DNA of 64,000 nucleotides from Eledone cirrhosa (taxonomy: Eukaryota), in NCBI GenBank assembly GCA_964016885.1, contig OZ024741.1:123814001-123878000 (forward strand), written 5' to 3'. Within the stretch, counting starts at the first letter, position 1. Each line of letters starts with the position of its first letter. This document shows positions 26,680 through 40,260 of the stretch, piece by piece. The notes below the pieces were generated by a model that was not told the origin of the DNA, ran no database searches, and saw nothing but the letters and a program-made list of their open reading frames with translations. A program made the position numbers and the translations under genes.

Positions 26680-27950
26680 AACGTTATCATTAATAATAAA
26701 AAACAAATCCTCCATTCCCATTATGCCAAACCCTTGACTTCCAAACATCTGATCCACCGAAACTCGGCTGTTTCAGACCACACCAAAGTCAACATGCTGA
26801 TTGCGGATTTGGTACGGGTGATGAGAAACGTGTCCCGCATGTGCAACCCAGAAGAACTAGAGAGACACATACAACACTTCATCCACCGTATGCAGTTCTC
26901 TGGCTACAATCAGAGAGATAAAATCAGAGTGTATAGAGGAGCCAGAACCAAATGGGAATAAATGGTAAATAATGACATAAATGGGACCTGCCCCTTGTAT
27001 AGGAGCAAATTTTGGAATAGAATAGAAAGAACTAGGAACAAGGCTAATAGAATAAACTCATGGTATGATAGCAATAAATACCAGAGTGTAATGTTCATCG
27101 ATACAACCCCTAGAGGTGAATTAGCTTACAAATTTAGATGGGCCCTAGATAAACATAACTCAATATTAAGATAGTAGAAAGACCAGGTACCTCCGTAAAA
27201 ACACTTATTAGCAAGACATACCCTTTTCAAAGACCCTCATGTATAGATAAGAAATGTATAACCTGTAAAATAAGCACCCATATTAACTGTAAAACTAGAA
27301 ATGTAGTGTATAGCATAAGATGTACTGAAGGACAATGTAGAGACAAAAATATAGTGTACATAGGTGAGACAGCTCGTAGTGTAGGGGAACAGATAAATGA
27401 ACACTGGCGAGACCTTCAAGATAGTAAAGAATCATCTGTACTCTACCAACATGCTAAAATAGAACACAAGGGTAAATTAGAGAACATAGAAATAAAAATA
27501 GAATCTACACACAGAAAAGACGCAATGTTTAGACAAATCACAGAGGCAATAAACATAAATGAACTCCAACCAAAATTAAATAGAAAATATGAGTGGAACA
27601 GCAACATCACAACTTACAATTAAGGACAAAATGAAAACACACACACACATAGAACAAACAATCAACCAGTAACATGTAAATAAACAAATAAATAAATGAA
27701 CATAAACACACACAGACACCCGGATGTGGCGCATGCGCAGACTGAGCACACAACACACACACAGAAACAAAATGGCGTAGGACAGAACAAAGGAGAGGCA
27801 CAAAAACAAAGAAAGGAATCCCCAGTCACTGAAGATGTCACAGAGCGTGTGACGAAAGAACTATGACAATATATAAACAACTATCTGGTTGTGGAACCAA
27901 CCAACCAACCAGAAATTTATAAATTCCTAAATTTATTATAAATTTATTAT
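26680..27950 (+). mobile_element. PLE 3' fragment (RT thumb + GIY-YIG + pLTR hammerhead), Nematis/Neptune-like
   Basis: HYAKPLTSKHLIHRNSA, RMQFSGY, VVYSIRC...YIGETARS...EH...LYQH...RQITEAINI...LNRKYEW. Hammerhead core CTGAAGA-TGTCAC..GTGAC-GAAA at ~27829-27858. Confidence 0.8.
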
Positions 27951-28080
27951 AATAAATTGAAGTGAAAGCAACTGGTGCGTGTGTTTCTTATTGGCAACAT
28001 GACCCTCCCAAAGTATAACAATATCGGTTTCAACACACGATTTCAGATAAAGAATCTTGCTAAACAAATTCAGAAACGAA

Positions 28081-28111
<31 letters not shown>

Positions 28112-28167
28112 GGTTTGAGGTTCACCACTGTACAGAGCTGGTCTATTCCGTATGGCCAATCGTGATG

Positions 28168-28227
28168 TAATACCTGATGATTTCACCGGATTCATACGGA
28201 ACCCGGTCATTGAAATGATCATAGTAT
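28168..28227 (+). ncRNA. Hammerhead ribozyme motif between TA tracts
   Basis: TAC-CTGATGA-..ACCGG..CCGGT..-GAAAT-GATC-ATA-GTA. Confidence 0.55.
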
Positions 28228-28283
28228 AATAAACCTTTCAAGGATTTACACAAATCCAGCCTCCTGTCATTTCATTATAATAT

Positions 28284-28362
<79 letters not shown>

Positions 28363-28367
<5 letters not shown>

Positions 28368-29136
28368 TAAAATAAAATAAATAAGTCAAATGTTTAAAAT
28401 TTGGCTTTGTTTATTACTGCTATATATATTTCGTAGCAAACACAAAAACCCCAGAAAGAATTTCTATAGACTTTTGACTGAGGAATGCTCTCAAAACTGA
28501 CCAATGAGAAGATTGACTTTACAAATCTTTATAACATTGAGATGGGTATAACACACATTTTATTCGATTATTTTATTTTAGTTTGCTCCTTTACCATCTT
28601 ATTCCTTCTACCACTTTATCATTTTTTTGAGCTGACTCCAACAACAACACCACTACCAACATAAGAATAGAGGTCAGATGTATCTAACAATAACAAGAAC
28701 AACCACTACAGATTGGCTTGCCTCATAACGAATTTCTATAGACTTTTGACTGAGGAATGTTCTAACAACTGACCAATGAGATGAGAAGAGGCCCTTTGAC
28801 GCTGAAATTCGTTTGTTTAAATTCATTTGATTCCAGTTCCTCAGTGAAATAACAACCCAACCAGGAACTGGGCATATCAGAGTATTGACAAAGTTAAACA
28901 CCTCAACAACATGTGTACTCGTCTCTACCACACTAATTCGGACTGCCTGAAGAGGTCACAGCCAAAGATTGCTGTCACCGAAATATATATAGCAGTAATA
29001 AACAAAGGCAAATTTTAAACATTTGACTTATTTATTTTATTTTATTTTACATTACTCCTGAGTAACCAAACCAACCTGCGCACCTCGTCGAGTGCTCCAA
29101 TCTGACGTCTTGGTATACAACCAACATATACTCAAA

Positions 29137-29140
<4 letters not shown>
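28363..29140 (+). mobile_element. PLE-type pLTR insertion with inverted 5' arm and hammerhead (28942-28996)
   Basis: 28363-28434 is the reverse complement of ~28979-29049, with a ~90-nt tail to (TA)n. ACTGC-CTGAAGA-GGTCACAGC..GCTGTCACC-GAAAT-ATAT-ATA-GCAGT. Confidence 0.7.
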
Positions 29141-29167
<27 letters not shown>

Positions 29168-29170
<3 letters not shown>

Positions 29171-29345
29171 GTTTCTACTTTAGGCACAAGGCCAGGAAAT
29201 ACCCAGTACATTACTGTTACTTTATTTCATCGACCCCGTAAGGATGAAAGGCAAAGTCAACCTCGGCGGGATTTGAACTCAGATCGTAAAGGGACGTAAC
29301 TATGCTGGAAAGTATGGCGTCCGACCCTCTACCGATACTGCCAAT
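29168..29345 (-). mobile_element. tRNA-derived SINE (Meta-domain-like core)
   Basis: Reverse complement of the 42901 family. Confidence 0.85.
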
Positions 29346-29436
29346 ATATAATAATAATAATAAATTTGAAGACTAAAATCCAAAGAGTTTCAGAAAGGTG
29401 GAAGCAGCCATTCATTGCTTAAACTTTAATCTGTTA

Positions 29437-29495
<59 letters not shown>

Positions 29496-29989
29496 TAATG
29501 CATATATACATGTATTAATATATTAATCAGGATATAAGCTTCTTAAAGCTAGTTAGAGCATTCCTCTCACAGAACTCAATACTTGGGGTATTAGAGTATA
29601 GCGTCGTGTCTCGACTCTATACAGCGCATTGGCTTGTGTCTGCACCAGCTACACGGTTGGCAGTGTTTGAAACTACGAAACTACATGTCAACAGCAGTGG
29701 ACCCTGGAGTTCTGTGTATTTTGTTTGTATTAATATTTTTCAAAAAATAATTATCTAACTGTTCCCCTAAAACAAATTGTTTTTTTTTTTTATTTTTTAG
29801 GTTTGTTTTGCTTTATTTTCGTTTGTTTTCGTTTGTTGTCTTGTCTTCTCTTTGTTAATTTTTTCCTAGATTTATATATGTATATCCTGTTGATTGTTGG
29901 CGAATGAAACAGTTCTATTCCTGTAGAAGTAATCTCTATCATAACATATATATATATCTATATTCTACTAACGTATTGAGTACCAATTT

Positions 29990-31753
29990 TATCTATAGTC
30001 ACCACCCGATTTACGTTGGGAACCCCTCCACCGCACCATCCGCCGCCTCTTCCGACGCCTCCAGTCCGACCCCTCCACCTCCCACATCTTCCCAACCCCA
30101 CTACTCCCCTCCTTCAAACTAGCATTCAATCTCCGCACCCTCCTCGTCCACAGCTCCCTACCCCCCAACCCACGCTCTGTTACCCCCACCCCGGTTCCTT
30201 TCCCTGTTCTAGGCCCCGCTGCAACACCTGTCCCCACATCACCAACACCTTCCAGGGTCCAAACGGCCAATCTCTCTGTCCGGCATGCCTTCCGCTGCAC
30301 CTCCTCCAACCTAGTCTACGGACTTCGCTGCATAGCGTGCAGCGCGACTTATGTCGGACAGACGGGACGTCGCCTGCCGGACCGATTCACTGAGCACCTC
30401 CGGGATATTCGTCTCGGTGGTAGTTCCCCCATTGCCCGCCACTTTGGTGGCCCTGGACATTCCGCACGCCATCTCACAGTCTGTGGCCTACTCCAATGCC
30501 ACGGAACACCCGCCAATCGCCTTAGAGTCAAACAATGAACTATCTTCATCTTACAGACCCACACTCCCCCCGGCCTGAACTCCCCACCCTTATTCCTTTA
30601 GCTTCGACCGCCCCCCTCCCCCCACACTTATCCCCCACTAACACCACTAACACACCTCTCCTTTTCACCGCCCACCCCACAACTAACAATACTAACACCT
30701 CCACTCCACCCCTCATCCGACCACCCTTCCCCAACTAACATACTAACATCCCTCCCTTCTTCTCCCCCTCCCCCTCCTTATCACACGCACACACCCACCG
30801 GCACATATATACACGCGCTCGCACTAAACACCACCACTAACCCTCACTCCCACACCTCCATCCCACCACCCCGCAACTAACCTCAGTAACACCCCCTGAG
30901 CCCAAGCACACGAACACACGCACCCACTTACACCACCCACCCCACACGCAAGTAACATCACTAAACCCCCCCAACCCCACGCACACGTACCCACACACTC
31001 TCGTACACCACCAACTCTACACACCCTACCACCACTAACCCCCACTCACACCTGCATTCAACCCTTTCCCCACCTCCCGTATACTAACACCCACTAACAA
31101 CCCCTTCATCAAACTACACACACACCAGTACACCTCACTCCCTCCATAGAACTACACACACCCTTCTCTCCCTGCTCCACCCACACCCTCGCTCCACACT
31201 CACTCATCCCACTAACACCTCTACTAATACACACACACACCCTCCTCACTCCAACTTTCACACCTACCCATCCTCGCCCCTTTACCATTCCACCTGACTG
31301 CTGCTATGCCCTCTGACCACCTCCCAGCACAAACAGACACACAGCACTCCCACCGCTTGACCACTTCCTGTTGCGCGCGCACCCCACATCTCTCCTCTTC
31401 CGACCATCTCTTCATGGAATACTCGTATGTGGAACTTGACCACCACGGAATCTACTAAACATCATAGGAATTTACCAACATTTCAACCATCCTCTTACGG
31501 AATCACCTATATAACTCACCCAGACACACACCCCAAAAATTTTTTTCTCCCACACGCCACCTACACCCACAGCACGCTTAAACCCCACACACACGTGCTT
31601 TCCACCAAATATTTACACCCTCAGCCTCCTGATTCCTCTCCCACCACCCCTCTATCCACACACGCACAGACACTCCGACCTACAACCCCCCCCCACACAC
31701 ACACACACCTCTTCCTGAACATGCAACCCCGTTCTTCCCCCAACCCTTACTTT

Positions 31754-31790
<37 letters not shown>

Positions 31791-32209
31791 ACACCTACAC
31801 ACACACACCACCTTCAGCCCTCCCCACCCGGACACCCCGTCTCCCTCTCCCCACTCCACCCGCCACCACACCTACACACCCCACACCCTTCCACCACCTG
31901 TTTTACCCCCTTTTTAATTTCAGTTTATTTTGATCATGCTTTTATATTTAATTTTATTTCAATCCTTGTATTTTGATCATGCTTTATTTTTATTTTTATT
32001 TTTAATTTCATTTGCACCGTTTCCTTTCGCTATATGTCTCTCCACCACTCCCCTACACACCCTTTGAACTCTGTTCCCACACACTTCTCACCTGAGGAAG
32101 GGCTTATGCCCGAAACGTCGTTCCCCACCACCACCCCACTCTCCAGAGCGTGAAATTAATAAACATTCGTTGTACTGCCTCTCTGTTTTGTTCCTGTTCA
32201 AATTTTTCC

Positions 32210-32212
<3 letters not shown>
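29990..32212 (+). mobile_element. PLE 3' fragment, Neptune-like: GIY-YIG with Cys/His linker, C-rich 3'UTR and hammerhead
   Basis: PCSRPRCNTCPH...CTSSNLVYGLRC..C...YVGQTGRRLPDRFTEHLRDI...PIARHF...PGLN across a frameshift (~30190-30580). CTGAGGA-AGGGC-TTAT-GCCC-GAAAC-GTC at 32092-32119. Ends at (TA)n. Confidence 0.85.
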
Positions 32213-32289
<77 letters not shown>

Positions 32290-32291
32290 TG

Positions 32292-32334
<43 letters not shown>

Positions 32335-32941
32335 GTTCCCAATGTAATAACACCAGAAGGTCGAACAGGAAATATTCTGTTAAAGGCATGGTTACATCAT
32401 CCGATCATGATATGAGACTTTTGCGATTTCATCAGGTGTGGATTGCAGAATTAATTAATCGACAACTGAATTATGGCAGTCACAAACAGAGTAACGAGAA
32501 TATATTAGATTCAGAGATTACCCACCAATTCCGTGATATCGGTGTGGCGAACCACCACCGCATGGCTAACATTCGCAATGTTAAGCATTCCGAGTTGGTT
32601 GGCGCGACTAAAGGAGGTGGGATTGATTTGGTGGTGACAGAAATTGTATTGTCCTCAAATAATGACACGCGTTTAATCAGCTGCTTCTGATGGCTTTGTG
32701 TCAGAGGACATTGCACAAAACCCAGCGTAGGGTGACGGTGAGGATTTAAAAATTTATTTACAAAATTATAAAATGTTCAAAAATTACGTTAAATAAATTA
32801 GGAAAAACGAATTATGAAAAATAAATTAACAGAAGATAAATTAAGAAGAAATATAAATATTAATGTAGTGTAAGGTTACGAAACGTGAGTAATTATAATC
32901 CTAATGCCGGTGATGCGATAAACGTAAATCATTAATTGATT

Positions 32942-33121
32942 GGATTGGCAGTATCGGTAGAGGGTCGGACTCATGCTTTCCAGCATAGTTACGTCCCTTT
33001 ACGATCTGAGTTCAAATCCCGCCGAGGTTGACTTTGCCTTTCATCCTTACGGGGTCGATAAAATAAAGTACCAGTAATACACTGGGTAATTGCTGGCCTT
33101 GTGCCTAAAGTAGAAACAATT
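32942..33121 (+). mobile_element. tRNA-derived SINE (Meta-domain-like core)
   Basis: TGGCAGTATCGG A box, GTTCAAATCC B box, GCCTTTCATCCTTACGGGGTCGATAAA core. Confidence 0.85.
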
Positions 33122-33301
33122 AATTGATTAAAGAATAAGTTTACGCATATATGTGAGTGTACGTATTTCGAAGGAAAAGAAAATGTCATGTCGTTCCCGA
33201 AAGACTCATGTATGTTTTGCACAACGTCGAGAACTATATTTTATTTTATCATGGATAACTAACTGGAATGACAACTTCTACCCAATGGTAAATCACACAA
33301 C

Positions 33302-33396
<95 letters not shown>

Positions 33397-33759
33397 TCTT
33401 CATTGCTACATCTTGTCAGAAGAATGCCATCCCTTCAATGAACATCGCACGATTACGAGCACGCAGGCAACCGCTTTTAATAGAATTATAGAAAATAAAT
33501 CAATTCACAGTGGTATAAATAACATTTCAAATGTTGGTGGAAATATGAAAAAAAGGGAAAAAAAGAAGAAAAAAGTATAAAAAATGAAACCAACAAGCAA
33601 CGAAGAGAGGGAAGTTGTAAGGAAGGGCAAATCTGACTGTATAGGAAAATAGGACACGGTCTATAATTGTTATAAGTGAGGGGGTAGGAGGGAAAAAGCA
33701 AGAAATATGAAAGAACCGGAAGAAAGGGAAGGAGGAAGCAGAGACAATGATAGGCTCTA

Positions 33760-34735
33760 TGCTTGGGGTTGGGATGTTTCGGCTGTACCTAGCGGATAGA
33801 ATTGCAAAGTCATTACCACTGCACCCGCTGCAACAGGAACCCCACCTCCCGGGATTCCTTTCTCAGTCGGCCTGCTGATGATCAGATTTTACAGAGGAGC
33901 TCAGGAGTACGGGGTCCGAGGTTGCCTGAATTCCCGACGGCGACCGGTGCGAAGACGATAATTGCATTAATAGACGATGTTCTATGCAGGCATGTTCACA
34001 AGTATGACACTTGAACTGTCTACCTCCTGGCAATACCCGCTGATCAGTCCACCAGCTGACGTGGAAATTAAGCCACACTCGCTGCAAATGTCCCTCATAG
34101 TGCGTGGTGGTAAAATCATTTCACATGGGGCTCAATTTCTCCTAGGCACATGTGATTTCAAATGTTTGACAAATCGAGCTGTTGATAGAAGAAATCGGCC
34201 ACATATATTACAACTCAATCCCTGCTGGATTTGTGCAGTCACTGCACTTCCGTTCCGGCTACAGAGTGAATGCTTCAAAACAGCATGCTCGACTCACCTT
34301 TTCTCAAATATATCACATACATACTTGATGATCATTTTCCATGATGTATGGCCTTCAGTCAGTCTCTCCCAGTTCTGCATATCAATTTTCATAGCTTTAA
34401 GATTGTCGTTCATGACATCTCTAAAACGCTTCTTTTGTTTATGTTGTGGTATTTTCTTCTGGTCAGTCCATAAAATAACTGGTAACATAGCTTTCCATCT
34501 TCCATCTTACCATATAACCATCCCAACGTATCTGGTTCATAATAATCCATCACTCAATACTATACTACTCGCTTTCTCAAATACCGCAGCATTAGGTGTG
34601 TAAAAGGACTACTTGATGTTCAGCATGTGTCGGATACACTGCCGCTGAAACCTTTCCAACTACCTGATGTGATGCCTGTACACTTTCCACATTTCGCATC
34701 CGAAAACCAGGACTGTAAGAACACAGGCCGCATAC
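33760..34735 (-). mobile_element. RTE-clade LINE 3' fragment, decayed
   Basis: Minus-strand remnants ERFQRQCIRHML, QIRWDGY and QKKRFRDVMNDNLKAMKIDMQNWERL..W match the RTE ORF2 C-terminal pattern. Confidence 0.65.
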
Positions 34736-34774
34736 ACTTACATACACACATACATATTTACATACACACACAAA

Positions 34775-34848
34775 CATACATACATACATACATACATACA
34801 TACATACATACATACATACATACATACATACATACATACATACATACA

Positions 34849-34877
<29 letters not shown>
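34775..34877. repeat. (TACA)n microsatellite
   Basis: Visible run. Confidence 0.95.
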
Positions 34878-34881
<4 letters not shown>

Positions 34882-35643
34882 TATCCACAAATGTATTTAG
34901 CATTATTGAGAAAACAAAATGTATTAATAAATTGACAGAGAATTGTGAGTGAATAATTAATGGACCATTATGAACCCGCCGAGGTTAACTTTGCTTTTCA
35001 TCATTACAGGGTCGATAAAATAAAGTACCAGTAATACATTGGATAATTGCAGGCCTTGTGCCAAAAGTAGAAACAATTATGAAATTGTACGAAAAAATAA
35101 TTCATATATAGACCCTTTAGTGACAGAACTGAAGATGCCTTCGTTATAAAAACGAAATATATTTCTACTACCATTCATACTTATGCATAACAATCTGGCT
35201 GGTGATATCTAGCAACCGAAGTGAATTATGATAAGATTATATCTGTATGAATACAGAGTGTGTAACCGATACCGCACCAACGCGTATAAATATATACATA
35301 TAATCTAATTTGTAGGCATGCAAATATATTATAAAATACGAATTTTCTTTTAAATTGACAAACTAATAAGAATCTTTAATGGCTATATGGATTTATTGAA
35401 CCCTCATCAGAAGATATGCATATCATCCAATGAACCTCAAAAAGTAAAGAAAATGTACTTGATGTGTATATATAGCAATTTGCTCTTCGTATTATTCTGA
35501 AATAGACAGGCTAATTTACATATAATTAGCGTTCGTGGTGGTAATTAATTGAGATATATAGAAGGAGGTGGTTGCACTAGCAGTCGTAGTGTATGATAAA
35601 ATTCTAACTGTATAAATACAGTGTTTTTAACTGAGACTGCACC

Positions 35644-35752
<109 letters not shown>

Positions 35753-36259
35753 TATCCATAGGCGTGTATATAACAGTGTAAAGTATAAGGAATGGTATAA
35801 GATCAATGCGGTATAAACAAGTGCATGCATATAAGCATACATAGTCACTTTAATACTTGAGAGTTTGTTACGACAAATAAGCCACACAGCAGAATGAATG
35901 GATACATTCATGTTTACTGTGAGGTGTAACACGCACATATGTGAGTTTGTATGAATATATATATATGTGTGTGTGCGTGGGGTATCTGTGTGTGTGCGTG
36001 TCTATGTGTGTGTCTGTGTGAGTTTGGTTGTGTGTGTGTATGTGTGTTTGTGCATGCTAATCATGTTCTGTTTAAAATGTTGCAGGTGCAACGAGGTAGC
36101 TGACAACATTTTGGTTAGGAAGGACAGGGTGTGGTGATTAGCATGAGGTAGGAGAATCGGGCGTGCTACGTAGTCATGGAGAAGGGAAGGAAGGAATGGT
36201 TACGGTAAATTGTGTGAGGAATGTTGAAGAGTTGAAAGGCTGAAGATAAGTTCGAGAAA

Positions 36260-36633
36260 TAATTGTTTCTACTTTTGGCACAAGGCCAGTAATTACCCAG
36301 TACATTACTGGTACTTTATTTTATCGACCCCCGTAAGGATGAAAGGCAAAGTTAACCTTGGCGGGATTTGAACTCAGAATGGCAAGGGCCGTAACTCTAT
36401 ACGTCAAAGCATGGCGTCCGCCCCTTTACCGATACTGCCAATCCATCGAGAAATAATTGTTTCAACTTTTGGCACAAGGTCAGCAATTATACCAGTGTAT
36501 TACTGGTACTTTATTTTATCGACCCCATAAGGATGAAAGGCAAAGTTAACCTCGGCGGGATTTGAACTCAGTCCGTAAAGGGACGTAAATGTGCTGCAAA
36601 GCATGGCGCCCGACCCTCTACCGACACTGCCAA
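36260..36633 (-). mobile_element. Two tandem tRNA-SINE copies (36260-36445 and 36453-36633)
   Basis: Each is the reverse complement of the 42901 family. Confidence 0.85.
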
Positions 36634-36899
36634 TTCACAATGATGTGTATGAAGGATTGGTCTTGAGATAACTAACACGAGGAAGGATGAAATGCGCCGG
36701 GTTTGACTGAGTGCATACGGCATGAATCTAGCAATCGCAGATTTAGAGAGACCCATTCCAATGACGGTAGAAGAGGGAGTAGAGAGAGATATCACCTTGG
36801 TACAGAGTATTGGCGAATGATTTTAAACTGGTGTATACATGTGTGCTCAGCTCTTTGCGGGTATTTGCATGAATTTAGTAAAAAACGCATAAGTCATGT

Positions 36900-37900
36900 G
36901 GGAAGAGCTTTATTTGAGACAAAACTGGAACGTATAATCTTGAGAGTGTCTTTGGCGCATGTACAAGGTATCAGTCGTCAGCATCGATGACTGCTTCAAT
37001 ACGCGTATCGAATCGTTGACATGCCCGAGTAAGATAAATTATTGTTTGGACATTGCGATAGTTATTGACATTTGATAGCGTAGAATGACTTTCGTATCGA
37101 CTCTGCCCCATAGGTAGTAGACAAATGGATTCAGGTCTGGATAGTTAGGAGGTCATATACTTTGGGTGACCCCATCGTGGAGATTGTAACTTATCCAATC
37201 TTCGGTTAGTCGGTGTAGTCTTGTTGATATAAATACCGTGTTCATTTACTTCTGCTCTCTAACTAAGTTCTCACAACCATCACTAACACCTCTTTAGAGT
37301 CAGCAACATTGTCCTTTAAGCCCCGAGGAAAGATGTTAGGATGCATAACATCTCGTTCATTGCTCACGATTCCGATAACCATCGGAGTTGCCTGAAACTT
37401 TGTGTACATGACCGTTGGAATGTCTTCATAACCATCTGTCAATCCTTCGCTTGAACTTCTGGACCTGATCAAAGTTTCCGCACTAGGGAATACCCAACTC
37501 CTTCCAAGCTCTTCACCAATCAACTTGCTCAACAAAGCTTTCCACAGAGCAGACGTTTATCTGAAGTCTTTATAGGAATGAGGTTTCCTCTCTGTATTAC
37601 ATAGGACATATTTCGAAATTCTATATGCATAGTTATTCCAATAGTGTGCCTTGAAACTATGTGCTCCTTAGCAATAGTGCTAATTGATTTTTCTGCACCT
37701 TGTATAGAAATTTGGGTGTTCTGATTGTATAAGTTCACTTAGCAGGTGTTTTACGTTAGGCCACTGGAGTACAATCGCCGTCAGCGGCTTCCAGCTCTTT
37801 GAGATGTTTAACAACAAAGGAGCGAACAATCTCTAAATTACAATTCTTTGCCTTTAAGACAACGATTACAGCGTGCCTTTTCATTTGTTGAGTTATCTTC
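36900..37900 (-). pseudogene. Tc1/mariner-superfamily transposase remnant
   Basis: Minus-strand PPNYPDLNPFVYYLW (~37108-37155) is a WPPxSPDLNP-type motif, with upstream MVIGIVSNERDVMHPNIF. Multiple stops; TIRs not identified. Confidence 0.65.
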
Positions 37901-38240
37901 AAGTCTGTTATTTATCTGAAAAGAAATGATAATTAATAATCAGCAAAAGATAGAAAAAGGGTTAGAGCTATTATATACGTGTCCTCAATGAACTGAGCAA
38001 CCCATTATAATGTGTACGTTATATGTATACATGTGTTTGTGTAAGAATGTTACTGTTCAAATATTTCCCTCATTTACGCAAGTTACACAGGCTTGCTGTT
38101 TAACAAATAACACCATTTAAAGATTTAGGAGAAAATACTCTCATTCAAATATCTATTGTATCTTTACTACTGAAACGATCATTCAGAAAAGCAACTGTAT
38201 TAGAGGATGCACTTTAATGTGCAATGTGTCACAGTCATAA

Positions 38241-38422
38241 TTGTTACTACTTTTGGCACAATGCCAGCAATTATCCCAGGGTATTACTGGTACTTTATTT
38301 TATCGACCCCATACGGATGAAAGGCAACGTTAACCTCGGCGGAATTTGAACTCAAATCATAAAGGGCCGTAACTCTTTGATGCGAAGCATGGCATCTGAC
38401 TCTTTACCGATACTGCCAATCC
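38241..38422 (-). mobile_element. tRNA-derived SINE
   Basis: Diverged reverse-complement copy of the 42901 family. Confidence 0.8.
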
Positions 38423-39659
38423 GTCATAATGTTAGTTCGTACCTTTGAAAAAAGTAGTGTTAATGATGTTTTCATGCAGTATATGACGTTAAGATTGAAG
38501 TTAGGTTTCTTTATATCCTGTAACTGATCGGGCTGACAAACAGATCTATATGACACATTTTCAGGCTGGATTATAATCTTTGATTCCATGGAGGTTACGA
38601 AAAATTTCTATATTCGAAAATTTTAGCTGCTTTTTAGCGTCCCATGCTTTCCATTTTGCTTTTGTCTTTTTACGTTTATTTTGCCTCCTTCCAGCCTTCC
38701 CAATTAATTTTCTTTTTCTTTTTATATAAATAATTTTTTTAATTTCTATATTCACTTATCTCTGTCTATCTTAATGTTTGATTCCTAAATGTAAGATGTT
38801 CTAGATACTTCTCCTAGTCTGTGATGACTTACTAGTTCTATAGGTACATTTATATTGATTAAAAAAAAATATATATATATATTGCCACCCATTTGGTCGT
38901 CTGGAACCGGTGATATTGGTGCTATAGCCAAGGATCATTCCAGTGGTTGAAGTCAATAAAAAGATCGAAAGTGTTCAATAAAAATCAGAAGCATGTGTGT
39001 ATGGCAAAATGTGTGGAGGCCAGAAGAAGTGCATGCGTATGTGAGTGCATATATATGTGATTGTATATATAAGTGTGTGTATTTGTATGTGTTCATGCGA
39101 ATGTGTATGCAAGGACATGTGTATGCATGTGCGTATGCTTGTGTATGCGCATGAGTGTGCGCGTGTGTCTCTGTGTGTGCATGCGTATCTATACGTACTT
39201 GTTTATGCGCGTGCCCGTCTGCATGCCTGTTTGAGTGATTATGTATTTGAAATGAGTGGATATGTGCGTTATTGCGAGTGTGTGTGAGCGTGATTGCGAA
39301 TGTATAAGTGCGTGATTGCGTGTGGGGGTGTGCGTGATTATGACTATATGAGTATGTGATTGCGTGTGTATGGCTGCGTGATTGCGATTGTATGCGTAAA
39401 TGTGTGTTTGTGTGTGTGTGGGTGTGTGTAAATGTGTTTGTATGTGTGCGCGTGTGAGTCCATGCGTGTTTGCATTATTCGTCTATGTGCTTTCATATGT
39501 TTATGTATTAGTGTCACTGTAGGTAGATGTGTGTGTGTATGTGTGTGTGTGGCTATTAAAGCCCATTCTCCTCATTAAATATTTCTGCTCAACTAGCTTC
39601 ATTCTGTATATAATAATGATATATAAATAACCTCTCCCCAACCCACTGTACATTTAACT

Positions 39660-40260
39660 GAACACCATCATACTAAACATCAGTAGAACAATCATCATCA
39701 ACGCCTTCACTAACAAGATCATAATCAACAACATCATAGCCTCCATTATCATCATAAAAACACCATCACAATGATCATCCTCAATACCATCAACAGTATC
39801 TGTATAATCCTCATCATTATCATCAACACGATCTGTTTCATCAACATTATTCAGTGCATTATAATCGTCGTACCTATTACGTCATTATCTAACCCATCTT
39901 CCTCTTCAAAATATCACAGCATACTATCAATATACCATCATCATACCATCATCATACCATGAACATCATGAATATCCCATCATTATCATAACATCATCTC
40001 CATATATCGCAATCGTCATCATATAGCCATCATCCTTATCATCCTATCAACATCATCAGCAGCAGCATGCCACTCACCCCTTACTATTAACATCACCATA
40101 TCATAACCATAACATCATCGCCATCAATATGCCATTATGAAGACAACACCATCAACATACAATCATCAACACTACCATTATATTCCTACGATGCTTATTG
40201 CCATCATTGTTCACAATTTTACGACGGAGCCTAGATATAGCAGCCATATCACCCTCTGGC
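39660..40260. repeat. Degenerate (CAT)n low-complexity tract
   Basis: ATC/CAT-rich imperfect trinucleotide repeat. Confidence 0.7.

Noticed and set aside
32335-32930. Possible LTR-retrotransposon fragment
   Set aside because: No LTR pair, PBS or protein motif I could support.
33977-34603. 208-aa plus-strand ORF
   Set aside because: Antisense to a decayed RTE LINE fragment; no domain.
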